Positions 16,513 to 25,069 of a DNA stretch of 57,715 nucleotides are shown in pieces. The position numbers and the translations under genes are program-made. Origin of the DNA: a virus (Duplodnaviria > Caudoviricetes); IMG/VR virus record IMGVR_UViG_3300030376_003804, positions 1-57,715 of that record, one strand, 5' to 3'. How positions within the stretch are numbered: position 1 is the first letter of the stretch; each line of letters opens with the position of its first letter. Below the pieces are notes generated by a model. It was not told the DNA's origin. It did not search any database and saw nothing but the letters and a program-made list of their open reading frames with translations.

Positions 16513-17556
16513 ATGTTAAAAGAAACACCAACTGAGTGGCTAACAGGCTACACTGAGGATGCAACCGGAAAGCTTATAAAGGCTACCGAACATGAGGAAA
16601 TAATGAAGTCGACCGACACACATAGAGGACTCGAAGGTTTATTCGACCGAGACAGTCCCACGCCAGAAGAGGAACCTACCCCCGAAAAAGTGGTAGAAAA
16701 AGAGACAGTTATGTCCAAACTGAAAGGCTCAGTTAATGTGCCCGAAGAGTTTAAGTTCGCTGATGACATGACTTTCTACACTATGTTGAGGAACATATTT
16801 CGTGGTAAGAATATTCTCATCACGGGACCATCAGGGTGTGGTAAGTCTAGTCTCGGTAAGATACTAGCCGAGATTACATCAAAAGAATTCTACTCTTTCA
16901 ACTTCGGTGATACTATGAATCCCTCAGCTAAGTTGCTAGGTGATACTAAGTATGACAAGGAATCAGGCACATGGTTCAAGCCTTCTCGGTTTGTTAATGC
17001 AATACAAGCTGATTCATTCATTATGCTGGATGAGGTTACACGTGACCGAACAGGTGACTTAGCTAACATTCTCATGCCGGTATTGGATGGTCAGAAGTAT
17101 TTGGCTCTTGATGAGTCTGAGGATGCTGACAGTGTCTCAGTCCACAAAGGTGCCTTCTTCTATGCTACAGCCAACATCGGTCGAGAGTATCTCGGTGCGT
17201 CTCATGACTTAGACCGTGCTTGGAAAGATAGATTCACCGGAGGTATATACGAACTAGAGTATCTCCCTCCACAGAAAGAGAAAGAACTATTACAGAATCG
17301 TAACCCTCAGCTCGACGACTACAACGCTGACAAGATTGTAGACTTTGCTAAGAGAGTGCGTGACTTACACAAGTCAGACGAACTAGCTACAGCAGTATCA
17401 ACACGTATGTGTTTAGCATCAGCTGAGTTGGTTGTAGATGGGATGAGTTTGGAGGATGCATTGAAACATACCTGTTTACCTTTCTACCCTATTCAAGGTG
17501 GTGACGATACTGAGAGAGTTCGTATCATACAAGTTATTCAATCAATGGGTGAATAA
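16513..17556 (+). CDS. MoxR/CbbQ-NorQ-type AAA+ ATPase (start 16513 or 16603)
   Basis: Walker A GPSGCGKS, Walker B IMLDE, ATAN, LDRAWKDRF, STR sensor. Confidence 0.9.
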   Translation: MLKETPTEWLTGYTEDATGKLIKATEHEEIMKSTDTHRGLEGLFDRDSPTPEEEPTPEKVVEKETVMSKLKGSVNVPEEFKFADDMTFYTMLRNIFRGKNILITGPSGCGKSSLGKILAEITSKEFYSFNFGDTMNPSAKLLGDTKYDKESGTWFKPSRFVNAIQADSFIMLDEVTRDRTGDLANILMPVLDGQKYLALDESEDADSVSVHKGAFFYATANIGREYLGASHDLDRAWKDRFTGGIYELEYLPPQKEKELLQNRNPQLDDYNADKIVDFAKRVRDLHKSDELATAVSTRMCLASAELVVDGMSLEDALKHTCLPFYPIQGGDDTERVRIIQVIQSMGE

Positions 17557-17937
17557 ATGCCTAGAGTTCAAAAAAGAAAACATACATATTGGCATCAGTT
17601 GGCTAAGTTGTTAATCATAAATGGTTACAAACCAGCTCAGTGTGCAAAGGTTCTCAAGTCGGTATTCCCCGACACTGAGGTCAATGGTAGACACATCGGT
17701 GCATACAAACGTAGATTACTACAAGATGAGGACCTAATCATACCAGACAGAGCAACTATGCCACTCAATCAGATGACAGAGATGGCTCACGGTATGGTAT
17801 CAACTGAGGACCTATTCATATACAAGTGTGTAGTGGGTTCAGCTAAGAGAAGTCTCAAGTGCTTTGAGTTCAAGTTCAGAGCTGAGGACAAAGACCTAGT
17901 AAGTGAGGTAGATGAATGGATTACAAAACTACAGTAG
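17557..17937 (+). CDS. Hypothetical protein, possible N-terminal HTH
   Basis: Abuts the ATPase stop; basic helical N-terminus. Confidence 0.6.
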   Translation: MPRVQKRKHTYWHQLAKLLIINGYKPAQCAKVLKSVFPDTEVNGRHIGAYKRRLLQDEDLIIPDRATMPLNQMTEMAHGMVSTEDLFIYKCVVGSAKRSLKCFEFKFRAEDKDLVSEVDEWITKLQ

Positions 17938-20003
17938 ACGATTGGGCTGAGGACACAGATGACTTTTGTCATTACTGTGATGATTGGACTGATGCCGATG
18001 AACATAACAACTGTGCTGACTGTGGTATTGCATATAGTACAGTTGACCCTTTCCTCACTCCATCAGTAGCTAAGGTATACAGCTCACCTGCACCATCTAT
18101 CTCAGCACACGGTGACGTGTGGGGTAGAGGTGGTTCATACACATGGGGTGGTGTTGGTAGTGCAACAGCCTCAGCATGGGGTGGTTTCTCTACAGGCACG
18201 AGTTCATCAGCTCGTATGCTTAAACACAAAAGACACTTAGATTCTCTGTGTAAAGTAGTTGACCCTAACGTAAAGCATACACTTAACTTTGCTACTGAGG
18301 GTAGAAACTATTCTAACATGAGAACCGGTGCACTATTCGTTGACGGCACTCTCATCAAAGACAGTGATGCCAAACTAGATATTGTTGCTGGTCTCTCAAT
18401 ACACGAGAAGTTACACTTAGTTCATACTCAACCACTAGTTAAGTGGCAAAAGCAATATTCTTATGACAAACGTCTCAGCGACGCACAGACTGAGTTACTA
18501 CATAGTATTGGTAATATCATAGAAGATGAGTATATCGAGTCTCAGTTAGCTAAGACTCATGCTGGTTACGTTACATACATCGACAAAGTCAAAGAACACT
18601 TCTTTGCTAAGCATGACATCGGAACCATCAAGGGTAATGTTGTTGCTGATGTATTAAACACATTACTAGCTATGGTGAGGTTTCCTTCTAGCATCTCAGA
18701 TGAACGTAAGAAGAGACACGCCAAACACATTCAGTTCTTTGCTCGTGCTTTGAAGAATGCTTTGGTAAACAGAGAGTCAACACTAGTTGCCATTCAGTCT
18801 ATATACGAATACATCTATCAGTTGGCTGTGACTGAAGCTAAAAAGAAAGGTGACACTACTGAAGAAGAAATCCTAGAACGTGCTGAGACTAGAATGTCTG
18901 AGTTGATTAAAGAGTGGGGTGGTGACACTGAGTTAGATAGTGACGCACTAGCAAAAATCAAAGACAGACTGATAGAACAAGAACGTGATGATGCAGCACG
19001 AACTGATAGATACAGTAGTGAAACATTACTTAGGGAGTCGCTTGATAAGTCCGGAGCCAAACTAGCTGACTATGCTGCTGAGTCTGAGACTATTAGTGAC
19101 AGACTAGACAAGGCTATCAGAGACTTAGCTGACAGTGATTACTCTGAGGATGAGTGGGACAGTGGTCGTGCTCTCGGTTTGAGATATGGGACTAAGGTTA
19201 CATGGCGTAACCAACACGCTAGTGACTATGAAGGTCAATTGTATAATGAGACAGTCAAGAACATGAGACCATCTATCGGTCAACTAAAGCGTAAGATACA
19301 ACTTTATGGTGATACTAAGATACACACCATTCGCAATCAACGAAGAGGCAAACTAGACAAAAAGATGTTACATAAAATACCTCTCGGTCGACCCGACCTA
19401 TTTAAAAATGTCATCGTTGATGAAGACAAACCATTAGATGTGTGTCTCTTAGTTGATGAGTCCGGCAGTATGGGTTCATGGAAAATGAAGAAAGCCCGAC
19501 AGACTGCAATCGCTTTGCGTGAAGCACTTAAAGACAATCAGGCTCTCAACCTGTGGGTCTTTGGTCACACAGCTGATGGCTATGAATGGGGTAAGGAAGG
19601 TGAAACTAATATGTCAGTATATTGGTCACCAACTTATCAGTCAGATATCAGAGCCATCGGTGCAATGACTGCTCGTGCAGAGAACAGAGACGGCATGGCT
19701 CTCTTAGCATCAGCCGAGAGAGTCAAAGCTGAGTCACCATCCATAGGTAGTAACAAACTAATGATTGTTATCTCAGATGGTGAACCATCAGCCAACGGAT
19801 ATAGATTCTCAACCGGTGTACCTCACACCAAAAAGTGTGTCAAACACTTAGAGGGACAGGGTTGGAACATCATACAGGTTGGTATCAGTGGTGCACGTGA
19901 ACGTAGTATGCGTGAGATGTTTACTAACTACATGTTAGTAGATGACACCAACGAACTACCAGCTAAGATAAGTAAAATCATCAGGAAGGTGATAAAGGTT
20001 TAG
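17916..20003 (+). CDS. VWA-domain (CobT/NorD-like) partner protein with HExxH region and N-terminal Zn finger
   Basis: MIDAS LLVDESGSM and VISDGEP; RRGKLD motif; HEKLH...NIIEDEYIE; CHYC...CADC. Confidence 0.88.
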   Translation: MDYKTTVDDWAEDTDDFCHYCDDWTDADEHNNCADCGIAYSTVDPFLTPSVAKVYSSPAPSISAHGDVWGRGGSYTWGGVGSATASAWGGFSTGTSSSARMLKHKRHLDSLCKVVDPNVKHTLNFATEGRNYSNMRTGALFVDGTLIKDSDAKLDIVAGLSIHEKLHLVHTQPLVKWQKQYSYDKRLSDAQTELLHSIGNIIEDEYIESQLAKTHAGYVTYIDKVKEHFFAKHDIGTIKGNVVADVLNTLLAMVRFPSSISDERKKRHAKHIQFFARALKNALVNRESTLVAIQSIYEYIYQLAVTEAKKKGDTTEEEILERAETRMSELIKEWGGDTELDSDALAKIKDRLIEQERDDAARTDRYSSETLLRESLDKSGAKLADYAAESETISDRLDKAIRDLADSDYSEDEWDSGRALGLRYGTKVTWRNQHASDYEGQLYNETVKNMRPSIGQLKRKIQLYGDTKIHTIRNQRRGKLDKKMLHKIPLGRPDLFKNVIVDEDKPLDVCLLVDESGSMGSWKMKKARQTAIALREALKDNQALNLWVFGHTADGYEWGKEGETNMSVYWSPTYQSDIRAIGAMTARAENRDGMALLASAERVKAESPSIGSNKLMIVISDGEPSANGYRFSTGVPHTKKCVKHLEGQGWNIIQVGISGARERSMREMFTNYMLVDDTNELPAKISKIIRKVIKV

Positions 20004-20012
20004 GCAGTGACA

Positions 20013-20194
20013 GGCTATCAGTTGATAGTCGGTCATTAGCTGATAGCCCACTAGAGCGTGTGAAGTCTTGAGTTTTGAATCTCACAGGTGACTAACGGAT
20101 TGGTGTTAGTCGTAAAGAGAACCAATGAGTCAAAGATTTATCAGAGTCATGAACAGGAAAGCGAACCAAATGAGAAGCCGCTCTCACTTCACAC
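20013..20194 (+). ncRNA. Structured ncRNA candidate 4 with possible H-type pseudoknot
   Basis: 14-bp hairpin with 2 G-U pairs (20013-20048); GTGTGAAGT/ACTTCACAC closing helix; loop ATTGGT of the GACTAAC/GTTAGTC hairpin is complementary to ACCAAT at 20121. Confidence 0.62.
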
Positions 20195-20197
20195 ACC

Positions 20198-20212
20198 ATA
20201 ACCTTTATATAG
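20198..20212 (+). promoter_or_regulatory. BRE/TATA promoter
   Basis: ATAACC-TTTATATA-G. Confidence 0.6.
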
Positions 20213-20255
20213 ACATTTCAAATATATTGAAATATAATCAAATGGAATTGATATT

Positions 20256-20696
20256 ATGCAAACATTTCTACCAACAAGAAACTTTAGAACATCAGCCAAA
20301 CTACTAGACTATCGTCGTCTAGGTAAGCAGAGAGTAGAGGGGCTTCAGCTCATTAACTCACTCAGTCCAGACTATGATAAGAAAGGTTGGCTTAACCATC
20401 CTGCACGTTTAATGTGGGTTGGTTACGAGAACGCACTGAAACATTATACTAACATAATGATAGAAGAATGGGTTGCACGTGGATACAACAACACGATGCA
20501 GCTATACGACATACAAGGGCCAATAGTATATCCTCAATGGCTAGGCTATCCCGAATTGCACAAGTCGCACCGAATGAACCTTTTACGTAAGGACTACAAA
20601 TTTTATGCAGAACATTTCGGGCCAGATGCACAGACGGACCTCACAGTCATAAACGAGTATCCCTACTATTGGCCAACGGAGAACAATAATGATTAG
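20256..20696 (+). CDS. Pyrimidine-dimer DNA glycosylase family protein (MSMEG_6728-like)
   Basis: MQTFLP...LDYRRLGKQRVE..Q...GW.NHPA..MW.GYE.AL...SHR.NLLRKD...Y.WP. Confidence 0.88.
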   Translation: MQTFLPTRNFRTSAKLLDYRRLGKQRVEGLQLINSLSPDYDKKGWLNHPARLMWVGYENALKHYTNIMIEEWVARGYNNTMQLYDIQGPIVYPQWLGYPELHKSHRMNLLRKDYKFYAEHFGPDAQTDLTVINEYPYYWPTENNND

Positions 20697-20793
20697 AGAA
20701 ATACTAGTGTGGTTAGATAAGAAGTTTGGTATGAACCGAACTAAGAAACTTATGATAAGACCACGTAAATACGGAGCAAAGAAAAATGAGTAA
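20689..20793 (+). CDS. 34-aa hypothetical protein
   Basis: GGAG SD; overlapping operon packing. Confidence 0.45.
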   Translation: MIREILVWLDKKFGMNRTKKLMIRPRKYGAKKNE

Positions 20794-20950
20794 ATACACA
20801 GACAGACTGCTAACAGCAGTACACGAAGTAGCTGGAATAATATACTATCAGGCACCTATCGGAGAACTAGACGAGTGGTTGGCTAATATTATAGAACAAG
20901 GACTATGGGAAGTCCCACAGGAAGAGGGAGCTATGCATGGCTACCAATAA
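20786..20950 (+). CDS. 54-aa hypothetical protein
   Basis: Operon packing; GGAG upstream. Confidence 0.5.
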   Translation: MSKYTDRLLTAVHEVAGIIYYQAPIGELDEWLANIIEQGLWEVPQEEGAMHGYQ

Positions 20951-21209
20951 AGCTGAAGCAATTCACTTCATGAAGATTATACTAGATTGGTGTAGTCCGA
21001 AGGTAGCTCGTATGATGTTGGATGACTTAGACTTCTACATAGCTGAGACAACAGACAACGAGTCAATCAAGGAATCAATCAAGATGGTCCGAGAAATGGT
21101 TTATGCACGAGCTGAAGAAAACTTAGAGATAGCAGCTGAGGAAGAAGAATATGCTCAGGGAGTCTTAGTAGACCATATGAACAGACAAAGAGGGATGACC
21201 AAAGAATGA
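20937..21209 (+). CDS. Hypothetical protein
   Basis: GGGAG SD; 90 aa. Confidence 0.65.
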   Translation: MATNKAEAIHFMKIILDWCSPKVARMMLDDLDFYIAETTDNESIKESIKMVREMVYARAEENLEIAAEEEEYAQGVLVDHMNRQRGMTKE

Positions 21210-21328
21210 TGGACGATATATATTTTACTGAAATGAATTGGGCAACACCTGCTATGATAACGATTATAGTTATGGTTGGCTTAAGTTTTTGGTCAGGCTT
21301 GTTATGGTGGACATTTAAAAATACATGA
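21206..21328 (+). CDS. 40-aa membrane peptide
   Basis: ATGA overlap; one hydrophobic segment. Confidence 0.5.
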   Translation: MMDDIYFTEMNWATPAMITIIVMVGLSFWSGLLWWTFKNT

Positions 21329-21432
21329 GCCTAGCTTGGACTAAGTGTAATAAATGTGGTAAACGTATTTCCATAGCTGAAGATGGTTTAGGTAAAGGGT
21401 TTTGTATATTATGCAGTATGAAGACGATTTAG
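21325..21432 (+). CDS. 35-aa zinc-finger microprotein
   Basis: CNKC...CILC; ATGA overlap. Confidence 0.6.
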   Translation: MSLAWTKCNKCGKRISIAEDGLGKGFCILCSMKTI

Positions 21433-21502
21433 ATATAGGTACGACAGCAGCATTAACATTATGGGTTTTACTTATACTTATTATCATAAGATATATACAG
21501 CA

Positions 21503-21531
21503 ATAAGCTCTATATAGCAAAGCTTTATATA
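21503..21531 (+). promoter_or_regulatory. ATAAGCTCTATATAGCAAAGCT element fused to a TATA box
   Basis: 21/22 identical to 15637-15658; runs into TTTATATA at 21524-21531. Confidence 0.65.
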
Positions 21532-21550
21532 TCTCTTAAGGGGAGATATA

Positions 21551-21599
21551 ACTAAGCAATCTATACTAAGGTCTTACTTACCCTAGTTTATTGCTTAGT
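21551..21599 (+). promoter_or_regulatory. Long 5' leader hairpin
   Basis: ACTAAGCAAT/ATTGCTTAGT 10-bp stem plus inner helix, 8 nt before the resolvase ATG. Confidence 0.55.
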
Positions 21600-21607
21600 G
21601 ATGCCCT

Positions 21608-22111
21608 ATGGGAAGAAAAGATACAGGAAAGAACTTTGAAAGTGAAATCAGAAGAAGTTTAAAATCAAGCCGTCACATTTGGTGGTTCAGGATTCAAGAT
21701 ACAAATGACATCAACAGATTCGTTAAAATTGCAGTCGCTGAAAAGCAACCCGCCGATTTCTTTACAGTCTACAGAAGTCGACCAATTATGCTTGAGGCTA
21801 AAACTTCTAGGAATCTTACTTCTTTTCCTTTATATTATGGTAATACCCCTGCTATTGCTAAGCACCAAATAAGAGAAGGTGCAAAGTTAGAGAGAGCTGG
21901 TGGACTGAGCTTTATATTGATACGAAGAGAGGAATACAGAAATAAGAAAACTTATGCAATTACACCTAGTCAAGCGAAATATTTATATAGTAAGGCATAT
22001 GATAAGAAATCAGTTAAGTGGAAGTGGTTCGAAGAACACGCTTACATTGTTGAGCGATTGAAGGCACCACTACGATGGAACTTACAAAAACTATACGAAG
22101 AAGCATTATGA
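21608..22111 (+). CDS. Holliday junction resolvase (Hjc/RecU-like PD-(D/E)xK)
   Basis: GKNFESEI, PADF, LEAKT, HQI...GG.SFIL. Confidence 0.82.
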   Translation: MGRKDTGKNFESEIRRSLKSSRHIWWFRIQDTNDINRFVKIAVAEKQPADFFTVYRSRPIMLEAKTSRNLTSFPLYYGNTPAIAKHQIREGAKLERAGGLSFILIRREEYRNKKTYAITPSQAKYLYSKAYDKKSVKWKWFEEHAYIVERLKAPLRWNLQKLYEEAL

Positions 22112-22242
22112 AAAAGAGAGCAACTAAAGTACCATACGAAGGATATACTCTACCTCCCTCATCTGAGAGGGGTGGTAAGTTTGTAGACTTCAATAAAGTA
22201 ATGAATAGAAAACCAATAAAGAAAGTAAGGATAAAGAAATGA
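22108..22242 (+). CDS. 44-aa basic hypothetical protein
   Basis: ATGA overlaps at both ends. Confidence 0.5.
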   Translation: MKKRATKVPYEGYTLPPSSERGGKFVDFNKVMNRKPIKKVRIKK

Positions 22243-22844
22243 AAGAGATAATGGAAGAATACAGCACCACGTTCTTTGAATGTATGAGTGCATGGCCTAA
22301 TGATATCAAAGAAGATATATACAAATTGTACGCATACCTCAGAGTATGTGATGAGATGGTTGAAGGCGAGAAGGAAATACATGACTTCAAACAATGGAGG
22401 GAAGTTATAGAACAGTTCTACGAAGTGAGCGATAAGTATCAGTTCGAAGGTGAATGGCTCTCAGACTTTCACGTTAGTATGTATCAGGACATGGTGAAGA
22501 AAGAACACACTATAGTATCTATGTTAGAATATTGTAAGGGTTCAGCTGAGTCAGTTGGTATGATGATGTCAAAGATACTAGGCTGCCACCCACGATGTGA
22601 ACAACACGCCAGAGCTTTAGGTAGAGCATTCCAAATAATTAACTTTATAAGAGATTATGATGAGGATGTTTCAAAGGGTTACCATTACATCACAGATAAC
22701 TTTAGTGCATACTTAGAAATATTCTATCAAGATTTAGATAACGGTATGGATGGTATAGATTTTATACCAAAAGAATTACAACCACCTATCCTTATGGCTG
22801 TAGAAAAATATATGGCTGTAGCCAAGAAGGTGGATGAAGCCTAA
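22239..22844 (+). CDS. Compact phytoene/squalene synthase family protein
   Basis: YSTTF, LYAYLRVCDEMVE, EYCKGSAESVG, ARALGRAFQIINFIRDYDED..KG..Y. Confidence 0.85.
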   Translation: MKEIMEEYSTTFFECMSAWPNDIKEDIYKLYAYLRVCDEMVEGEKEIHDFKQWREVIEQFYEVSDKYQFEGEWLSDFHVSMYQDMVKKEHTIVSMLEYCKGSAESVGMMMSKILGCHPRCEQHARALGRAFQIINFIRDYDEDVSKGYHYITDNFSAYLEIFYQDLDNGMDGIDFIPKELQPPILMAVEKYMAVAKKVDEA

Positions 22845-23094
22845 TTATTATAATATGATGTGGCATAACTGTAACAGGTGTCACACACATTATACAAGTG
22901 AAGAGCCACACCTCAAAGCATACTTATGTGATGAGTGTTGGAGAGCGTTACCTCACTACAAACCACAACAAAGGAAGAAACAAATGAAAACGAAAGGAAC
23001 AATACCAGCAGAAGCATGGATACTATTTTACATGACAGCAGGTGCACTAATATTGATATGGGCACTGTTCAACATAATGGTGAATGAATTATGA
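22834..23094 (+). CDS. Zinc-finger protein with C-terminal TM
   Basis: CNRC...CDEC; hydrophobic tail. Confidence 0.6.
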   Translation: MKPNYYNMMWHNCNRCHTHYTSEEPHLKAYLCDECWRALPHYKPQQRKKQMKTKGTIPAEAWILFYMTAGALILIWALFNIMVNEL

Positions 23095-23186
23095 ACGAAT
23101 GTTATAGCTGTGGCAGAAGAGCATTTTTCGTAGGTCTAGAAGGAAAGAAAAGATGTGTACACTGCACAGCACCTAAGGAAGACTAA
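23091..23186 (+). CDS. 31-aa zinc-finger microprotein
   Basis: CYSC...CVHC; ATGA overlap. Confidence 0.6.
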   Translation: MNECYSCGRRAFFVGLEGKKRCVHCTAPKED

Positions 23187-23297
23187 TGGATAGCAATCCA
23201 CTAGACGAATGGGATATATTTTGGGTACACAAACCACTGTACCTACCCTCTCAGTATACAATTACGATTCTCATTTTACAGGTCTCAGTTTATGGAG

Positions 23298-23313
23298 CGA
23301 AAGCTTTATATAG
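23298..23313 (+). promoter_or_regulatory. BRE/TATA promoter for the replication operon
   Basis: CGAAAGC-TTTATATA-G. Confidence 0.65.
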
Positions 23314-23347
23314 TCTGTAGTTATGGGAACAACATAAGGTGATTAAA

Positions 23348-23653
23348 ATGGAAAGAACAGAACAAATCAACGCTTTGATGGATGCTGTAAAGCACTATCA
23401 AAAAACAGGAAAGCACAAGCAGGTCAGTATCAGATACAACCCTGCAAACAGAACTGATTTCAAGTTCAACTCATGGAAACATGAGGGTGATTCTCAGTCT
23501 GTAAGGAAAATCTTACCCGAAGATATACGTATGTCTTCAGAAGGTAAGTTCTATGTTATTGGTAAAGATAACAGGTACAACTTAAAACAATTTACTTCTC
23601 AGTTCAAGCAACACGCTAGAGCTTACAGGTTAGATAGATTGGTTGTGGAGTAA
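23348..23653 (+). CDS. Stand-alone WYL-like domain protein
   Basis: VSIRY...VRKILP...FYVIGKD...RAYRLDRL matches the WYL consensus; AGGTGA SD. Confidence 0.68.
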   Translation: MERTEQINALMDAVKHYQKTGKHKQVSIRYNPANRTDFKFNSWKHEGDSQSVRKILPEDIRMSSEGKFYVIGKDNRYNLKQFTSQFKQHARAYRLDRLVVE

Positions 23654-23655
23654 TT

Positions 23656-23991
23656 ATGAACGAACTAATAGAAGGCTTTCTAAAGATGGCAGAAGAAGAC
23701 GAAGCTGCACTCTCTGTAGAATCTTTGATGAACGAAGAAGAAAGATTTGAATGGGAGACTTTAGTAAAAGCATTTGACTCTATCGACGTTATGAACGTGG
23801 GTAGAGACTTAAAAAAGATTCATAAGACCTATAAACTAGAAAGATGGCAGGAAATGTCAATACTAGCATATGTTAAAATATTAGAGATGATGATTCGAAG
23901 AGCAAAAGAATCAGGTGCTATGGATTCATTGACTCCACCAGACTCAGAGCCACCGACTAGAGATGACTACAGTGGGAGTATGTTCGGATGA
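23656..23991 (+). CDS. Hypothetical protein
   Basis: GGAG SD; operon packing. Confidence 0.65.
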   Translation: MNELIEGFLKMAEEDEAALSVESLMNEEERFEWETLVKAFDSIDVMNVGRDLKKIHKTYKLERWQEMSILAYVKILEMMIRRAKESGAMDSLTPPDSEPPTRDDYSGSMFG

Positions 23992-24101
23992 ACTGCGGAC
24001 TGTGTAAATGTCTACTAGACGAGAGATACATCAGGTACAAAGACATGAATGGTAGTCCATATTGTCAACAATGTTATCAAGTTATTGGAGGTCAAATATG
24101 A
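23988..24101 (+). CDS. 37-aa zinc-finger microprotein
   Basis: CGLC...CQQC; ATGA overlaps at both ends. Confidence 0.6.
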   Translation: MNCGLCKCLLDERYIRYKDMNGSPYCQQCYQVIGGQI

Positions 24102-24424
24102 ATGAAAGATGGGAAGCCTTTGACCGTATATGGGCTAAGGGTAAAAACCACAAGATGGTTCAGCGACTAATGTCTAAGTGTCAACTTAGAGGATTAGAAC
24201 CAACTGAGGAAAACTGTCGTGACTATTGGATGGGTTACATCCGATACTATCAAGATGGTTGGACAGGACAGGGTTATCATGTGAACCCACGTAAGAACAA
24301 AATACTCATGAAACAATTGAAGAGGAATAAGAATGGGAATAAAAGAAGACAGAAAGGCGGAAGAAAACCACCACACAAGATGGGCGGAAGATATTCGCAA
24401 AAGAAACGAAACGTATCAAAATGA
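24098..24424 (+). CDS. Hypothetical protein with basic tail
   Basis: GGAGG SD before ATG 24098. Confidence 0.6.
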   Translation: MNERWEAFDRIWAKGKNHKMVQRLMSKCQLRGLEPTEENCRDYWMGYIRYYQDGWTGQGYHVNPRKNKILMKQLKRNKNGNKRRQKGGRKPPHKMGGRYSQKKRNVSK

Positions 24425-24599
24425 TACTAATTGGTTTCCTTTCGTTCAGAACGTGGAAGACATCCTAGCCCGTATGGATAAGATGTCACAACGGTTTGAT
24501 GATTTGGAAAACAAGATTGGAGAGACACAAGGAATGATAAAAAACCTAAGAAAAATACTAATCAAGTTGGAGGTAATAGATGACAGATTCATCTTCTGA
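24333..24599 (+). CDS. Coiled-coil hypothetical protein
   Basis: Heptad pattern; GAGG SD. Confidence 0.6.
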   Translation: MGIKEDRKAEENHHTRWAEDIRKRNETYQNDTNWFPFVQNVEDILARMDKMSQRFDDLENKIGETQGMIKNLRKILIKLEVIDDRFIF

Positions 24600-24840
24600 A
24601 CCACAACCTATGATGGCAGATATAGCAGCTGATTTGATGTCAGCTAAGATGGATGCAGCTAAGATGACACATCTATTACGCATCGGGACATTTCAACTAG
24701 AGATAAACCCTACATCAAATGTTGATGTAGAAAAATTCTTTAGTGAAACATTAGACAAATTAATCTCAGCATATGGTGAAAGACTATTAGAGATTGATGT
24801 CAAGGGGTTACCTGTGCAACCCCCATCAATGCACGGATAA
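24580..24840 (+). CDS. Hypothetical protein
   Basis: GGAGGT SD. Confidence 0.65.
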   Translation: MTDSSSEPQPMMADIAADLMSAKMDAAKMTHLLRIGTFQLEINPTSNVDVEKFFSETLDKLISAYGERLLEIDVKGLPVQPPSMHG

Positions 24841-24857
24841 AAAAAGGAGAAAAAAGA

Positions 24858-25067
24858 ATGGCAGAAAAAAGTGGATTAGAACTAAGAGCCGGATTGTTCC
24901 GGAACACAGATAAGAACGGTAACGTTTACTATTCAGGTAAATCTGAAGCTGGTGACGAATTCGTTATGTTCAGAAACACATATTGGAAAGAAGGTTCCAA
25001 CAAACCATACTTCAGATTAATGAAGCGTGTGTCTGATGGACCATCATCTTCCGCTATGGAGGACTGA
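24858..25067 (+). CDS. Small beta-rich protein (DUF736-like, possible ssDNA binder)
   Basis: GLFRNTDKNGNVYYSG...FRN..K.GSNKP.F pattern; acidic tail. Confidence 0.55.
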   Translation: MAEKSGLELRAGLFRNTDKNGNVYYSGKSEAGDEFVMFRNTYWKEGSNKPYFRLMKRVSDGPSSSAMED

Positions 25068-25069
25068 GT

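Noticed and set aside
12800-20200. tRNA or rRNA genes among the structured segments
   Set aside because: No cloverleaf with a T-loop GTTCRA and acceptor stem was found, and no rRNA-like sequence.
20125-20307. 60-aa ORF
   Set aside because: It starts inside a structured element and crosses a promoter and the glycosylase start.
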